Origin: a virus
Length of the DNA: 64,000 bases
Strand: one strand, 5' to 3'
IMG/VR virus record: IMGVR_UViG_3300034272_001354
Span: 12,983 to 76,982 of that record
Shown here: one piece after another, positions 10,842-21,929 of the stretch
How the letters are laid out: every line of letters begins with the position of its first letter
Numbering within the stretch: position 1 is the first letter of the stretch
Notes under the pieces: generated by a model
The model's database searches: none
Told to the model about the DNA's origin: nothing
Seen by the model: the letters and a program-made list of their open reading frames with translations, nothing else
Position numbers and translations under genes: made by a program

Positions 10842-11573
10842 ATGAATAATTTAAAATTTGAACTAATAATCGCTTATTATAAAAGACCCAAAATTGTCTT
10901 AAACGCGTTAGAATCTATATTAAAATCTACATATGATAATTGGCATTTAACATTCGTTGATGATTCCGGTGACGATTCTTTTAAAGAAACTTTTATAAAC
11001 TACGGGTTTACACCTTCTAAAATAACATACTCACCAATATTAATGTCAGATGATGAGAAAATTAAAATAGGTGGGTCAATATTTGGAAAGTACGTTAACG
11101 ACGCAATACAAACCACAGATGCTGATATCATTATACTAATATGTGATGACGACGCATTGTTTCCGGATTGTATGGAAAACCTTAATAAATTTTATACCGA
11201 AAACCCTGATAAAATGTGGGGGTATTCTCATGTTAAATTCTTCAATCCCGAAAAACAACATTATTCAGAATCAACCGATGTACCAAGCGATAGAACATTT
11301 AACACATCAAATTTAAATGATTACACATCACCAATTCAACCATCGTGTAGAGTTGATAGTTCTCAAGTATCTTTTAGAAAAAACGCTTTTACACAAACAA
11401 ATTTATGGTACCCTTATCCACATACAAAAGATTTAGATAGAAATGTTTTTGAAAAATTATATAAAAAAATAGGACTATGTCATTTTACTAACTGCTACGG
11501 ACAATATAAAGGTTGGTTTGCAAATCAATTAGGTGTTAGAGCACGAACAGGTAAAGGAGATTTTATTAACTAA
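10842..11573 (+). CDS. GT2 glycosyltransferase, paralog B
   Basis: Tandem duplicate of the previous gene. Confidence 0.8.
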   Translation: MNNLKFELIIAYYKRPKIVLNALESILKSTYDNWHLTFVDDSGDDSFKETFINYGFTPSKITYSPILMSDDEKIKIGGSIFGKYVNDAIQTTDADIIILICDDDALFPDCMENLNKFYTENPDKMWGYSHVKFFNPEKQHYSESTDVPSDRTFNTSNLNDYTSPIQPSCRVDSSQVSFRKNAFTQTNLWYPYPHTKDLDRNVFEKLYKKIGLCHFTNCYGQYKGWFANQLGVRARTGKGDFIN

Positions 11574-11591
11574 ACAACTAAAATAATTTAA

Positions 11592-12338
11592 ATGGCTACA
11601 TACAGCAAATCAAAGAACGCTAAACCTACCCCTACTCCGGAAACTACAAGTAAACCGGTTAATAAGAAAGAATTAATTAACCAAATTATTAAAAGAAAAA
11701 CTAAAGAAAAGTTTTTAACCAACAATCAAAAAAAATATTATGATACTTTAATTGACAGTGAAATCACTGTTTGTTCCGGACCTGCGGGTGTTGGTAAAAG
11801 TTATATTACAATGAAAGCCGCGATTGACTTACTCGCTGACCCTGAAACACCATATGAAAAAATTATTATTGTTAGACCCGCTGTTGAAGCTGAAGAAAAA
11901 TTAGGTTCACTACCAGGTAATGTTGAAGAAAAATTAGACCCATACATTTTCCCATCATATTATTTATTAAATAAAATTATTGGGAAAGAATCTAGAGAAA
12001 AATTAAAAGAAATCGATGTTATTGAAGTATTTGCCTTGGCATTTATGAGAGGTATGAACATTGATAATTCTATTTTAATTTTTGAAGAGGGTCAAAATGC
12101 CACCCCAAGTCAAATGAAATTACTTTTAACTAGAATTGGGTTTAACAGTAAATTCTTTATATCCGGTGATGTAGAACAATCAGACAAATATAAAAATAAA
12201 ACTCATAGTGGTTTATGGGACGCAATTGAAAAATTTAGAGATAGTGAATATATATCAATTTTTGAATTTAAAGATAAAAAAGATATCGTTAGAAATCCGT
12301 TGATTAGTAGAATATTAGACAAGTACGAAGAAAACTAA
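11592..12338 (+). CDS. phoH: PhoH-like ATPase
   Basis: GPAGVGKS, RPAVEAEEKLGSLPG, AFMRGM, GDVEQSD, RNPLI. Confidence 0.92.
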   Translation: MATYSKSKNAKPTPTPETTSKPVNKKELINQIIKRKTKEKFLTNNQKKYYDTLIDSEITVCSGPAGVGKSYITMKAAIDLLADPETPYEKIIIVRPAVEAEEKLGSLPGNVEEKLDPYIFPSYYLLNKIIGKESREKLKEIDVIEVFALAFMRGMNIDNSILIFEEGQNATPSQMKLLLTRIGFNSKFFISGDVEQSDKYKNKTHSGLWDAIEKFRDSEYISIFEFKDKKDIVRNPLISRILDKYEEN

Positions 12339-12417
12339 TTTTAATATATTTTATTATAAAAGATAGGTAAACACAATTTAGTTTACTTATCTTTTTTTTT
12401 ATATAACTTTTGTTGAT

Positions 12418-13020
12418 ATGAGAATTGGTATAGAAATTAATGGAGTGTTAAGAGATACTTTAGGAAAAATTGAACAAACTTATCAGAAATTTTTAATCGA
12501 TAAAACTGATGGTATTGAAGACGACGAGTCATTTGAATATAAAATGACCTACCCGATAAATAGTTTAACATTAAACGACCATTTTTCATTTCCGGATGAT
12601 GATGAATTATATTCATTTTTATATGAAGAATTTGCTATGGAAATTTTTGGTCACGCACAATCCTCAGAATATAATACATTTATTGATTTAAACGAAATTT
12701 ATATATCTTTAAGAGATAATCACGATTTATTAATTGTTTCGGATGAAATAGGAAAATCAAAACCCGCATCATTATTCTTTTTATCAAAATTTGGATGTCA
12801 ATTAGAAAAAGTAAAATTTTATAGTAATTCAACAATTAATTCAATGTGGGATGAATTAGATATTTTACTTACATCCAATCCAGCCTTATTATTGGATTAT
12901 CCGTCAGATAAAATATTAATAAAATATGAAACGGATTATAATGAGAATATTACCACAATCCATTCTATAAAATCTATAAAAGAATTGGATGATAAATTAA
13001 AACAAATTTTAGAATGTTAA
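12418..13020 (+). CDS. HAD-fold 5'-nucleotidase-like protein, catalytic motif altered
   Basis: MRIGIEINGVLRD resembles the NT5C IxIDxDGVL motif, with E/N in place of D/D. Confidence 0.5.
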   Translation: MRIGIEINGVLRDTLGKIEQTYQKFLIDKTDGIEDDESFEYKMTYPINSLTLNDHFSFPDDDELYSFLYEEFAMEIFGHAQSSEYNTFIDLNEIYISLRDNHDLLIVSDEIGKSKPASLFFLSKFGCQLEKVKFYSNSTINSMWDELDILLTSNPALLLDYPSDKILIKYETDYNENITTIHSIKSIKELDDKLKQILEC

Positions 13021-13292
13021 AAGTATTAGGAGAAAACTATTATGTAGATTTGGATAAAATTGACGATTATGTTCAAATAAAAGCAAAAAAAACCGTCACG
13101 TCAGGTGACACTGAAGGGACTACCATAAGTATAATTAAATACGAAACAATTAAATTAATGTTAGAGATAGTTATGGATGAACCTGAAGAAATTGATGAGC
13201 AATTAGGGGCTAAAGGTACTAACAACTTATCAATCCCATTTAAACTAGCGTTTAATACTCTATTGTATAAAAAATTAATAAATAAAATATAA
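13014..13292 (+). CDS. hypothetical protein
   Basis: 92-aa ORF within the operon. Confidence 0.7.
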   Translation: MLKVLGENYYVDLDKIDDYVQIKAKKTVTSGDTEGTTISIIKYETIKLMLEIVMDEPEEIDEQLGAKGTNNLSIPFKLAFNTLLYKKLINKI

Positions 13293-13297
13293 TAAAC

Positions 13298-14359
13298 ATG
13301 ACACAAGAACAAATTACAAAATTAGAACAGTCGATTCAAAACATGAAAGATAAAAAGTCAAGGATTTATCTTTTAGTTCAAGACACTAAAGGTAATGCAA
13401 AAGCTTCAGTCGCTTACATATACGAGTTAGGTATGGCATTATTAAAAAATGGATACAACCCAATTATCTTACACGAAACACCTGATTATACTGGAGTTGG
13501 TGAATGGTTAGGTGAGGATTATATGACATTACCACATAAAACAATTGAAGGCCAAAATTTAGAAATTGCACCTGAAGATTTAATTGTTATCCCTGAATTA
13601 TACGGGTTTGTGATGAGTCAAATTTCAAAATTACCTTGTGGTAAAATTGTATTGTCTCAAGCCCATGACCATATCTTGGAAACATTACAACCAGGCCAGA
13701 CATGGTCACAATTAGGGTTTTATAAATGTATAACAACTTCTGAAGCTCAAAAAGAATATATCGAGAATATTATGAGAGGTATTTCGATAGATGTTTTAAA
13801 ACCATTTATTTCTGATAAATTTAAACCACATACTTTACCATCAAAACCTATTATTGCAATTCATGCTAGAGAACAAAGAGAAGCCCTTAACATGATTAAA
13901 AGTTTTTACATTAAATTTCCTCAATACAGATGGATAACTTTTAGAGACATGAGAGGACTATCTATTGATGAGTTTGCAAGTGCTATGAAAGATTGTTTCT
14001 TATCTGTTTGGATTGATGAAACAAGCTCTTATGGTACATTCCCATTGGAATCTATGAAATGTAAAATACCTGTAGTTGGTTTAGTACCAAATTTAGTTCC
14101 TGAATGGATGAATGAAGACAATGGTGTTTGGGTTAACAATAAAATCCAAATGGTTGATTTTGTCGCGGACTTTTTACAAAATTGGTTGGAAGACAGTATT
14201 AATGAAAATTTAGAAACTGAAATTATTAAAACTGCAGAAAATTTAAGTACTAAAGAAGATTTTGAAAAAATTTCATTAAACTTATTTGAAGGATATCTAA
14301 CTAAAAGATTGGAATCATTTGAAGAACAATTAAATAAACTACAAACAATAGAAGAATAA
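13298..14359 (+). CDS. GT-B glycosyltransferase-like protein
   Basis: IVIPE and SSYGTFPLESMKCKIPVVG (GT4 C-terminal motif variant). Confidence 0.6.
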   Translation: MTQEQITKLEQSIQNMKDKKSRIYLLVQDTKGNAKASVAYIYELGMALLKNGYNPIILHETPDYTGVGEWLGEDYMTLPHKTIEGQNLEIAPEDLIVIPELYGFVMSQISKLPCGKIVLSQAHDHILETLQPGQTWSQLGFYKCITTSEAQKEYIENIMRGISIDVLKPFISDKFKPHTLPSKPIIAIHAREQREALNMIKSFYIKFPQYRWITFRDMRGLSIDEFASAMKDCFLSVWIDETSSYGTFPLESMKCKIPVVGLVPNLVPEWMNEDNGVWVNNKIQMVDFVADFLQNWLEDSINENLETEIIKTAENLSTKEDFEKISLNLFEGYLTKRLESFEEQLNKLQTIEE

Positions 14360-14360
14360 T

Positions 14361-15167
14361 ATGGAAAATTACTTTGACGTATCAGTTATATTACCGATTA
14401 AATCGGCAACCGCACCATTTTTTGAAGATTACTTTAAGAAATGTATTGAATCATTAAATAATCAAAAATTAAAAATTAATGAATTAGTTATTGTTCACAC
14501 AAATGAAATACCTTTAGTTGAACTTTTAAAAGATTACGATTTTGGTGACTTAAATGTAGTTAAATTAGAATGGGAAAAAGAACCTAATTACGCGGCACAA
14601 GTTAATCACGGTGTTAGAAATTCAAAATCTGAATGGGTTTCATTATTTGAATTTGATGATGAATATTCTAACATATGGTTTAAGAATGTTGACATCTACT
14701 CAAAAGCATACCCTAATATGGATGCGTTTTTACCAATCGTTGTTGATACAGACCAACAAGGTAAATTTGCCGGGTTTACTAATGAAGCAACTTTCGCGGC
14801 AAACTTTACTCCGGAAATGGGTGTATTAACTCACGATACTTTATTAGATTATCAAAACTTCCAATCATCAGGAATGGTAATCAAAAAATCAAAATTTGTT
14901 GATTATGGATTAATCAAACCTTCGTTTAAATTAACGTTTGGGTATGAATTATTTTTACGATTAACACATAATTCAATTAACATTATGTCTATCCCAAGAA
15001 TTGGTTATAAACATACTAATTTAAGAGATGGGTCAATCTTTTGGAATTACAAAAATGGTAGAGATGTCTTAACTCCGGAAGAAGTTAAATTTTGGATTGA
15101 GTCCGCAAAAAAAGAATATTTTTTCATTAATGACAGAGCGATAAAATTTGAATCTCAAGAAGTTTAA
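14361..15167 (+). CDS. GT2 glycosyltransferase
   Basis: VSVILPI, NHGVRN, LFEFDDEY. Confidence 0.7.
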   Translation: MENYFDVSVILPIKSATAPFFEDYFKKCIESLNNQKLKINELVIVHTNEIPLVELLKDYDFGDLNVVKLEWEKEPNYAAQVNHGVRNSKSEWVSLFEFDDEYSNIWFKNVDIYSKAYPNMDAFLPIVVDTDQQGKFAGFTNEATFAANFTPEMGVLTHDTLLDYQNFQSSGMVIKKSKFVDYGLIKPSFKLTFGYELFLRLTHNSINIMSIPRIGYKHTNLRDGSIFWNYKNGRDVLTPEEVKFWIESAKKEYFFINDRAIKFESQEV

Positions 15168-15916
15168 TGACTGAAAATATTAATTTAACAGGGGATACAA
15201 ATGTTGAGTTAAAAAAGAAAGGTAGAAAACCAACCCAATTAAATTATTTTGATGTCCGAGAAGAAATGGCGGTAATAAGATTTTTAGAGTCCACGTCTTA
15301 CGAAGAAAAAAATAAAATATACAATGAGTTTTTAAAAAAACCTTTAGACAAAATGATATCTTCAATCATACGAAGATACAAATTATATAGAAAAGACATG
15401 GATTTCACTGATATACATGTAGATACTCACTCGTTTTTAATGACAAAGATAGATAAGTTTAAACCTTCTAGAGAAAAGAAGGCTTATTCTTATTTTGGTA
15501 CAATATGTAAAAACTATTTAATGGGTCAAATCATTAAAGACCAAAAAGAAACAAATAGAAAAATATCTTATGAAGATATTTCAACTAATTTGGAGAATAA
15601 TGAAAATTTTTCCTATTACATAGAAAATGACGGACTAGATTCTGAAAAAGTAATTAAACACTTTTTAATTGAATTAGACAGATTCATTAAAGAAGAAAAT
15701 TTATCAGAAAATGAAATTAAATTAGGACACGCACTTTACGACATTTTTGAAAATTATGACTCGATATTTATTGGTAACGATAATAACAAGTTTAATAAAA
15801 ATATTATTTTATTGTCTTTAAGAGAAATGACCAATCTTTCAACTAAAGAAATTAGGGGTTCAATGAGAAAATACAAAAATATGTATTACTCATTGATTCA
15901 ACAGATGGTTAATTAA
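15167..15916 (+). CDS. phage sigma factor, T4 gp55-like (late transcription)
   Basis: KIDKFKPSREKKAYSYFGTICKN resembles sigma region 2 of gp55-like proteins. Confidence 0.6.
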   Translation: MTENINLTGDTNVELKKKGRKPTQLNYFDVREEMAVIRFLESTSYEEKNKIYNEFLKKPLDKMISSIIRRYKLYRKDMDFTDIHVDTHSFLMTKIDKFKPSREKKAYSYFGTICKNYLMGQIIKDQKETNRKISYEDISTNLENNENFSYYIENDGLDSEKVIKHFLIELDRFIKEENLSENEIKLGHALYDIFENYDSIFIGNDNNKFNKNIILLSLREMTNLSTKEIRGSMRKYKNMYYSLIQQMVN

Positions 15917-15943
15917 AAAATAATAAATTAAATATTTATAATT

Positions 15944-16324
15944 ATGGCAAGACCGACAAAAAAAGAAATTAATTTAAGTAAAGAATCAATGTTATCATTG
16001 ATGCAGGAAATCTACAATGAACTTGTGGAACAAAGAAGTACTGCTATTAGAATTCAAAACAAAATGTTAACAATGATGAAAGGTCCTGAAGATATGACTT
16101 TAATTGGTCCGGTGATTGAAAAACAACAAAAAATTATTAATGATTGTGTTGAAAAAAAATTAACCCTATCTAAACTACAATCAAGTATGTGGGAAAAAAC
16201 AAACAACAATGATGATGGTGGAGGATTTTCTATTACTGATTTAGGAGTTGACGACGCAATGCTTAAAACTTTAATTGAGAAAGACGCGTCTAAATCAGAG
16301 GGTTCTTATAAAATGAAAAAATAA
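15944..16324 (+). CDS. hypothetical protein
   Basis: 126-aa ORF preceded by the TATTTATA motif. Confidence 0.7.
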   Translation: MARPTKKEINLSKESMLSLMQEIYNELVEQRSTAIRIQNKMLTMMKGPEDMTLIGPVIEKQQKIINDCVEKKLTLSKLQSSMWEKTNNNDDGGGFSITDLGVDDAMLKTLIEKDASKSEGSYKMKK

Positions 16325-16330
16325 TTTGTT

Positions 16331-18244
16331 ATGGCGTCATTAGATTTAGGTGTTGATTATAAAAAAATACAAGACAAGGTTACTGCTACCAGAAATTATA
16401 ATGAGTTAAAAACTCAATATGATGATACTAGAAAACAAGCCGGTGAAGCTTTTGAACAGAAAAAAGCCGCTGTTACAGGTCAACTTGGTAAAATCAAGGA
16501 ACAAACTAAACGTTATCAAAAAGAAATAAAAAATCAATTTGAACAACTTTTAGATTTAGCAAACACTACCGGAGGAAAAGGGAGCGGTTCTCCAAGTTAT
16601 ATTAAAAGATTATTAATCACCGCTCTTAAAAATATTGAACCTAAACTTTCTCAAATAGCTTTAGAAGAATCAATAAACGCGGTTGGTTGTGACCAACAAC
16701 AAGAATATAATGGTAGTTCTACATATTATATTAAAGTAAAATCAGTTGATTTATTAAATATTTTAACTTTAGACCCGAAAACTGAAGGTAAACCTTTATA
16801 TGAAAAAGACCCAATATTAGTTCAGAATTATCCATTTTCAATGAATAAAGAATTATATCAATTGATTCAAACGGGTCAACCATATTCTGTGGATAATGGT
16901 CAAAATTACATAGGTCAATCAGGTCAAGATTTATTTGATATCCAATACGTTAATTTAAACGCAAACAATGAAACCGGTCCTTGGTTTAAAGTTACATTAT
17001 CAGATAGAGTTAATGGTGTTAATAAAGTTGGGACATTTCTAGTTGATTATTATAAAACAATTAAAATTACCGAACCAACCAATATGATAGCGTCAATAAT
17101 GGAATCGTTAAGTGGTGCAGTATCAATGAGTGTTGGTGCCGGTGTAGGTCAAGTTGAAGACCAAAGTAAATTTGATATATTAATTCAACGAATTCTTGGA
17201 TTATGTTTTGATAATAGAAGTGAAATTGATGTTAGCGGTATTGCTAAAGTACCTGAACTTGATGGTGTTGACGAAACGTTTTTTGAATTTACTGATATTG
17301 ATTTAAGAAAAATAGACCAAAGAGTAACTAATATTAAAAATAAAGTAATAGAATTAGAAGAGTGTGATAATATATTATTACCTGTTGATTATCCGGCAGT
17401 TATCGCTCAAATTAATAATTTAAATTTAATTGATAATAATAGTGACTTTATAAACGCTGCGGATAATTTAACTCAAGTATTAGCAGATAACCCTCAATGG
17501 GGTGCGGGTATTCAAACCAATGCTCAAGCGGCCCTAAATTTTAATTTTATTAAATTAATCGCTCAAGGTATTGCGGGAGCATTTTTAACACCTAAAATAT
17601 TACTACCAATATACGTAATGTTAAAAGCTATAGGTCAAGAAACAACCGACGCAATAAAAGGATTTGTTGATTTTGTAAAACAATTTAAAAAATTCGCAAT
17701 AAATTTTATTTCTAAAATAGGTGCATTATTTGTTCAAGAATTATTTGAATTAATTAAAAGAGATATTTTATTATTAATTCAAAGAGTTATAAGTGATATT
17801 GTTAAAGAAAAAATTGATAAAAGAATTTCAATGATTTTAAAACTTATTCAGTTATTGTTAATTGTTGCTTCTTTTATAAGTGATTGGAGGAAGTGTAAAA
17901 GTGTCGTTGATGAATTACTGGCCCTATTAGATTTAATAACAAGTAGTTTAGGTTTTGGTAGTCAAATCCCTTTACCATTATTATTCGCGTCACAACTATT
18001 AGACGGGTATTCCGAATCAAGAGCTTTTGTTGGGGCTATTGAAGAATTCCAAAAAAGCGGTATCCCAACGGGAGCATTACCTGATGGTAGTCCTAATTTA
18101 GATATTTTAGGTAAATTTGGACAAATGAAGGCTATGGCAAGAGAAGATTCCGATAATAATAAAGTTCAACTTGCTATCGGCCCATTAACTATAACTCCAG
18201 CCGGTTTAACAGTACCTTCGAGTGCTTTTGGTAAAAAATTATAA
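16331..18244 (+). CDS. large hypothetical protein, probably structural
   Basis: 637-aa ORF in the late operon before the spike-like gene. Confidence 0.6.
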   Translation: MASLDLGVDYKKIQDKVTATRNYNELKTQYDDTRKQAGEAFEQKKAAVTGQLGKIKEQTKRYQKEIKNQFEQLLDLANTTGGKGSGSPSYIKRLLITALKNIEPKLSQIALEESINAVGCDQQQEYNGSSTYYIKVKSVDLLNILTLDPKTEGKPLYEKDPILVQNYPFSMNKELYQLIQTGQPYSVDNGQNYIGQSGQDLFDIQYVNLNANNETGPWFKVTLSDRVNGVNKVGTFLVDYYKTIKITEPTNMIASIMESLSGAVSMSVGAGVGQVEDQSKFDILIQRILGLCFDNRSEIDVSGIAKVPELDGVDETFFEFTDIDLRKIDQRVTNIKNKVIELEECDNILLPVDYPAVIAQINNLNLIDNNSDFINAADNLTQVLADNPQWGAGIQTNAQAALNFNFIKLIAQGIAGAFLTPKILLPIYVMLKAIGQETTDAIKGFVDFVKQFKKFAINFISKIGALFVQELFELIKRDILLLIQRVISDIVKEKIDKRISMILKLIQLLLIVASFISDWRKCKSVVDELLALLDLITSSLGFGSQIPLPLLFASQLLDGYSESRAFVGAIEEFQKSGIPTGALPDGSPNLDILGKFGQMKAMAREDSDNNKVQLAIGPLTITPAGLTVPSSAFGKKL

Positions 18245-18246
18245 TT

Positions 18247-18468
18247 ATGAATAATATTGAGAAATCCGAAAAAACAAAAAATATAATTAAAGATTATAAA
18301 AATTCATCAAACAAAGATTTATCGTTTGCTATGGATTTTATTCAAGAAGATTTTAAGTTAACTAAAGAATCATTAATAAATTTAACACATCATTTAGATA
18401 AATTAGAATTAACTTATAATACAATATTAAAAGAGTATCAGTCAAGAACAAAGAAAAATGGTCAATAA
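18247..18468 (+). CDS. hypothetical protein
   Basis: 73-aa coupled ORF. Confidence 0.6.
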   Translation: MNNIEKSEKTKNIIKDYKNSSNKDLSFAMDFIQEDFKLTKESLINLTHHLDKLELTYNTILKEYQSRTKKNGQ

Positions 18469-20023
18469 TCAAATAATTTTTCCCGGAATAGTACTTAACA
18501 ATCAAGACCCTATGATGTTAGGGAGACTTCGTGTTATACCTGAAACTAAAAATTATCAAGATATTATTGCGTCAATTCCAGATTGGAATGAAGAAACTGA
18601 CCCGTGGACATCAAGAGACCCTTTAATTTGTTTATCATTATTACCTTTTTACGTTAGTCAAGTACCTCTTAAAGATGAATATGTTCATATAATTTATTCT
18701 AATAAAGATTTCCCATTTACTAATCAATTTTATGTTCAAGGGCCTTTTTCATCTCCAATGATAAGTCCATTTGAGAATTATCAAGGGGCTAAAAAATTCT
18801 TAGCATCAGGTGATAGAATTGCTCAAGGTATCTCAATTAAAAACCAAGTAGGTGCTTATAGAAATCAAGGTAGTGTAGGAGTATTTCCTGAACCAGGTGA
18901 CAATGCGTTGTTAGGTAGAGGAACTGCTGATGTGGTTGTTAAAGAAAATGAAGTATTAATAAGAGCCGGTAAAACTAAACGATTAGTAAAAGACCAACTA
19001 CCTTTAGGTAATGTTAATAGAGCGTTTCTTCAATTATCTAATTTTACACAACAAAAAATAACTAAAGACCCTGAAGGTGTAACAAGATTAGTTGAACAGG
19101 TAAAAGTTGTTAAAAAAATGATTATATGGAACATTGATAATTTAGAAAATCTTCAAGGAGCGTTTAATGGTTCTGTTGGTTTATATAATGTGGTTCCAAG
19201 TGTTAGTGTAAATAGTGCAAATTTTAAATCAGATACTATTACACAGTTGTCCGTTGGAACAAATTATGGGTCACCATTAGAGGAAATTAAATTTAATCAA
19301 AAAACATTTGATGAAGCATCTAGTATAATTAATAACTTTGTACAAGGTGTGTTTAGTGGTTTTATAAATATATCAGGTTATACTGTTAATAACCCCCAAA
19401 ATTTTGCGCCAAACGTAACATTCCCATTAGTCGTTACCCCTTCAAAATTAACATATACAACCGGTAATAAATTTTCACCTAACGACCTTGTTAGTGAAGT
19501 TGCGGAATATGTTAATTATGTAAGATTTTCTGATAAAATAACATTAGACCCTGCAAGTAAAAAATACAAAGGATGGTTTTTAGTTTGGGAAAACAAATCA
19601 GGTAAACCAATTCTTGGTCCACAAGCCGATTTAAAAGAAGAAATAGTTATACCAACAGAGTTTATTCCTTCAGATATTACTTATAGTATTATGGGGTCTC
19701 AACGTATGTATTTCTTATCACAAGATTCCGCAGGGCCTAAAGGAAAAATTAGTTTAAGTCAAACTTTATATGGAATACCTCAAGATAAATTTATTGGAGA
19801 TGAAAATAGTATTCTTAATCAAACATACCCTGTTGTTAGAGGAGATGAATTAATGGCGTTACTTAGAAAAATATTTTCATTTGTTACAGGACACGTTCAT
19901 CCGGTGGCCACAATGGCACCTGTTCCGGTCGCAGCGGGTAACGGACAAACAACCGCAGAAATCAATGCAATCCTTGCAGATGCAGAAAATACCATCTTAA
20001 ATCAAAATATTAGAATTAATTGA
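18458..20023 (+). CDS. baseplate hub/central spike protein (gp5/VgrG-like)
   Basis: N-terminal [17 protein letters not shown] (gp5 OB-fold), LLGRG, C-terminal HVHP metal-binding tip motif. Confidence 0.65.
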   Translation: MVNNQIIFPGIVLNNQDPMMLGRLRVIPETKNYQDIIASIPDWNEETDPWTSRDPLICLSLLPFYVSQVPLKDEYVHIIYSNKDFPFTNQFYVQGPFSSPMISPFENYQGAKKFLASGDRIAQGISIKNQVGAYRNQGSVGVFPEPGDNALLGRGTADVVVKENEVLIRAGKTKRLVKDQLPLGNVNRAFLQLSNFTQQKITKDPEGVTRLVEQVKVVKKMIIWNIDNLENLQGAFNGSVGLYNVVPSVSVNSANFKSDTITQLSVGTNYGSPLEEIKFNQKTFDEASSIINNFVQGVFSGFINISGYTVNNPQNFAPNVTFPLVVTPSKLTYTTGNKFSPNDLVSEVAEYVNYVRFSDKITLDPASKKYKGWFLVWENKSGKPILGPQADLKEEIVIPTEFIPSDITYSIMGSQRMYFLSQDSAGPKGKISLSQTLYGIPQDKFIGDENSILNQTYPVVRGDELMALLRKIFSFVTGHVHPVATMAPVPVAAGNGQTTAEINAILADAENTILNQNIRIN

Positions 20024-20045
20024 TATTTATATGTAAAACATATTC

Positions 20046-21524
20046 ATGTCAATAATTAATTCATATTTCAGCAAGAACAATACCCTTATATCAAATAGCT
20101 TTACCAATACAGGTAGAAACCCTGTAATGGAACTATTTTATGGTAATGTTGCCACAACTCAATACCCAAATAACTATAGCCGTTTTATTTTTGATTTAGA
20201 TTTAACTTTATTAAAACAACTAATTTTTAACGGAACTATAACTACAGGGTGTACAGATAATATGACGCATACTTTAAGAATGACAAATACGTCTACTTTT
20301 GATGCCGAACTATTAAACACACTCACGTCTCAAATGAGAATGAGAGCCACTTCATTTGATTTAATCTTATTTAGAATCCCTTATTTAAATAATAATCCGT
20401 CAACACCTCAACTTTGGGATGAAGGTGTTGGGTATGATTTTGCGGATTTAATTTATCAATATAGTGAATCAGATAAAAACTTTTCAAATAGACCATCAAA
20501 TTGGTATCAAACAACAACTATTGGTGTTTGGCAACAACAGGGAATTTATAATAATAAAAATTTAGGTCCTGTTCCTTTTAGTGGAATTACCATTGTGGAT
20601 ACACAACATTTTGAATTTGGTAACGAAAATATTGCTTTCGATATGACGGCAGAAATTAATGGTGTATTAAATGGTTCAATACCAAATGTATCAGGGTGGG
20701 GAATTGCATATAAACCTCAAGTTGAAAATCTTACAGGTCTTACCGATAACTATGAAGTTCAATTTTTTACTCGTCATACTCAAACATTCTACGAACCATA
20801 TCTTGAAACAAGTTACAATGATTTAATTGAAGACGATAGAAATCAATTTACTTTAGGTAAAGTTAACAAATTATATTTATACCTATTTGATAATGGTAAC
20901 CCAATAAATTTAGATTACCCCCCAAATGTTGATATATTAGATATGATGGGTGATGTTATTCCGGGATTATCCGGATTAACAACGTGTCAAAGAACTAGAG
21001 GTGTTTATGAGGTTGTTATCCCACCTCTTATGGGATATCAAACTCCTTGTACATTTTCAGATAGATGGTACAACTTAAGTTATAACAACTTTCCACTTCC
21101 ACAGGTATTAAATGATTTTACATTACAACCATTTAAAAATGCAATTCAAATTGGTGTTGTATCCGCAAACCCATTATTATACGGATTTGATTTTTACGGA
21201 TTAAAACAAGATGAACAAATTGTAAATACGGATACTCGTAAAGTAGGTGTAATTATTAAACAAGCTTATACAACCCAAAATTTATTATTAAACGTGGATG
21301 CGTCATATAGAATTTATGTTAAAGAGGGGACAACTGAAGTACAAGTTCAAGGGTGGACAAAAATTAATAGAACACCTAACGAATACTATTTTATATTTGA
21401 TAGTAGAGACAAAATACCAAATGAATATTTCATTGATATACAAGTAATTAGTAGCGGTGAAATAAACACATATAAACGACAAATTAAATTTCAAGTGGTA
21501 AATACAAAATATTTACAATTATAA
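20046..21524 (+). CDS. putative virion structural protein
   Basis: 492-aa ORF rich in predicted beta strands, with upstream late motif. Confidence 0.55.
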   Translation: MSIINSYFSKNNTLISNSFTNTGRNPVMELFYGNVATTQYPNNYSRFIFDLDLTLLKQLIFNGTITTGCTDNMTHTLRMTNTSTFDAELLNTLTSQMRMRATSFDLILFRIPYLNNNPSTPQLWDEGVGYDFADLIYQYSESDKNFSNRPSNWYQTTTIGVWQQQGIYNNKNLGPVPFSGITIVDTQHFEFGNENIAFDMTAEINGVLNGSIPNVSGWGIAYKPQVENLTGLTDNYEVQFFTRHTQTFYEPYLETSYNDLIEDDRNQFTLGKVNKLYLYLFDNGNPINLDYPPNVDILDMMGDVIPGLSGLTTCQRTRGVYEVVIPPLMGYQTPCTFSDRWYNLSYNNFPLPQVLNDFTLQPFKNAIQIGVVSANPLLYGFDFYGLKQDEQIVNTDTRKVGVIIKQAYTTQNLLLNVDASYRIYVKEGTTEVQVQGWTKINRTPNEYYFIFDSRDKIPNEYFIDIQVISSGEINTYKRQIKFQVVNTKYLQL

Positions 21525-21547
21525 GATATTTATAAATAAAAAAAATT

Positions 21548-21925
21548 ATGGGATATAATGTTAATGTAACCGCAACAACTTGTGAAGGAATATCACAATT
21601 AATTATTTTACCGGGTGATGTAGAATTTGACGAAAGTAAAATTTATCAATTACCTACCGGACAATGTGTATCGTTAACTTCAGGAGATACTGTTGGATTT
21701 TACGCAAATTCAATGATAATTGCGGGGCCATTTGACACCTGTGACGAATGTGCTGAACCAACTATAGCTAATGATGGTGGTAATGGTGGATTAGTTTGTC
21801 AAGATAATTGTAGTGGAGGAACATTTACTATTGTCCCACCACACCCTGTTTATACTAATGGACAAAATCAAGCTATCGTACAATTAAACGCAATCACAAT
21901 TGGTGGTAATGGATTAAACTCATAA
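21548..21925 (+). CDS. small Cys/Gly-rich protein, putative virion decoration
   Basis: CEG, GQC, CDEC, CQDNC. Confidence 0.55.
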   Translation: MGYNVNVTATTCEGISQLIILPGDVEFDESKIYQLPTGQCVSLTSGDTVGFYANSMIIAGPFDTCDECAEPTIANDGGNGGLVCQDNCSGGTFTIVPPHPVYTNGQNQAIVQLNAITIGGNGLNS

Positions 21926-21929
21926 TAAT

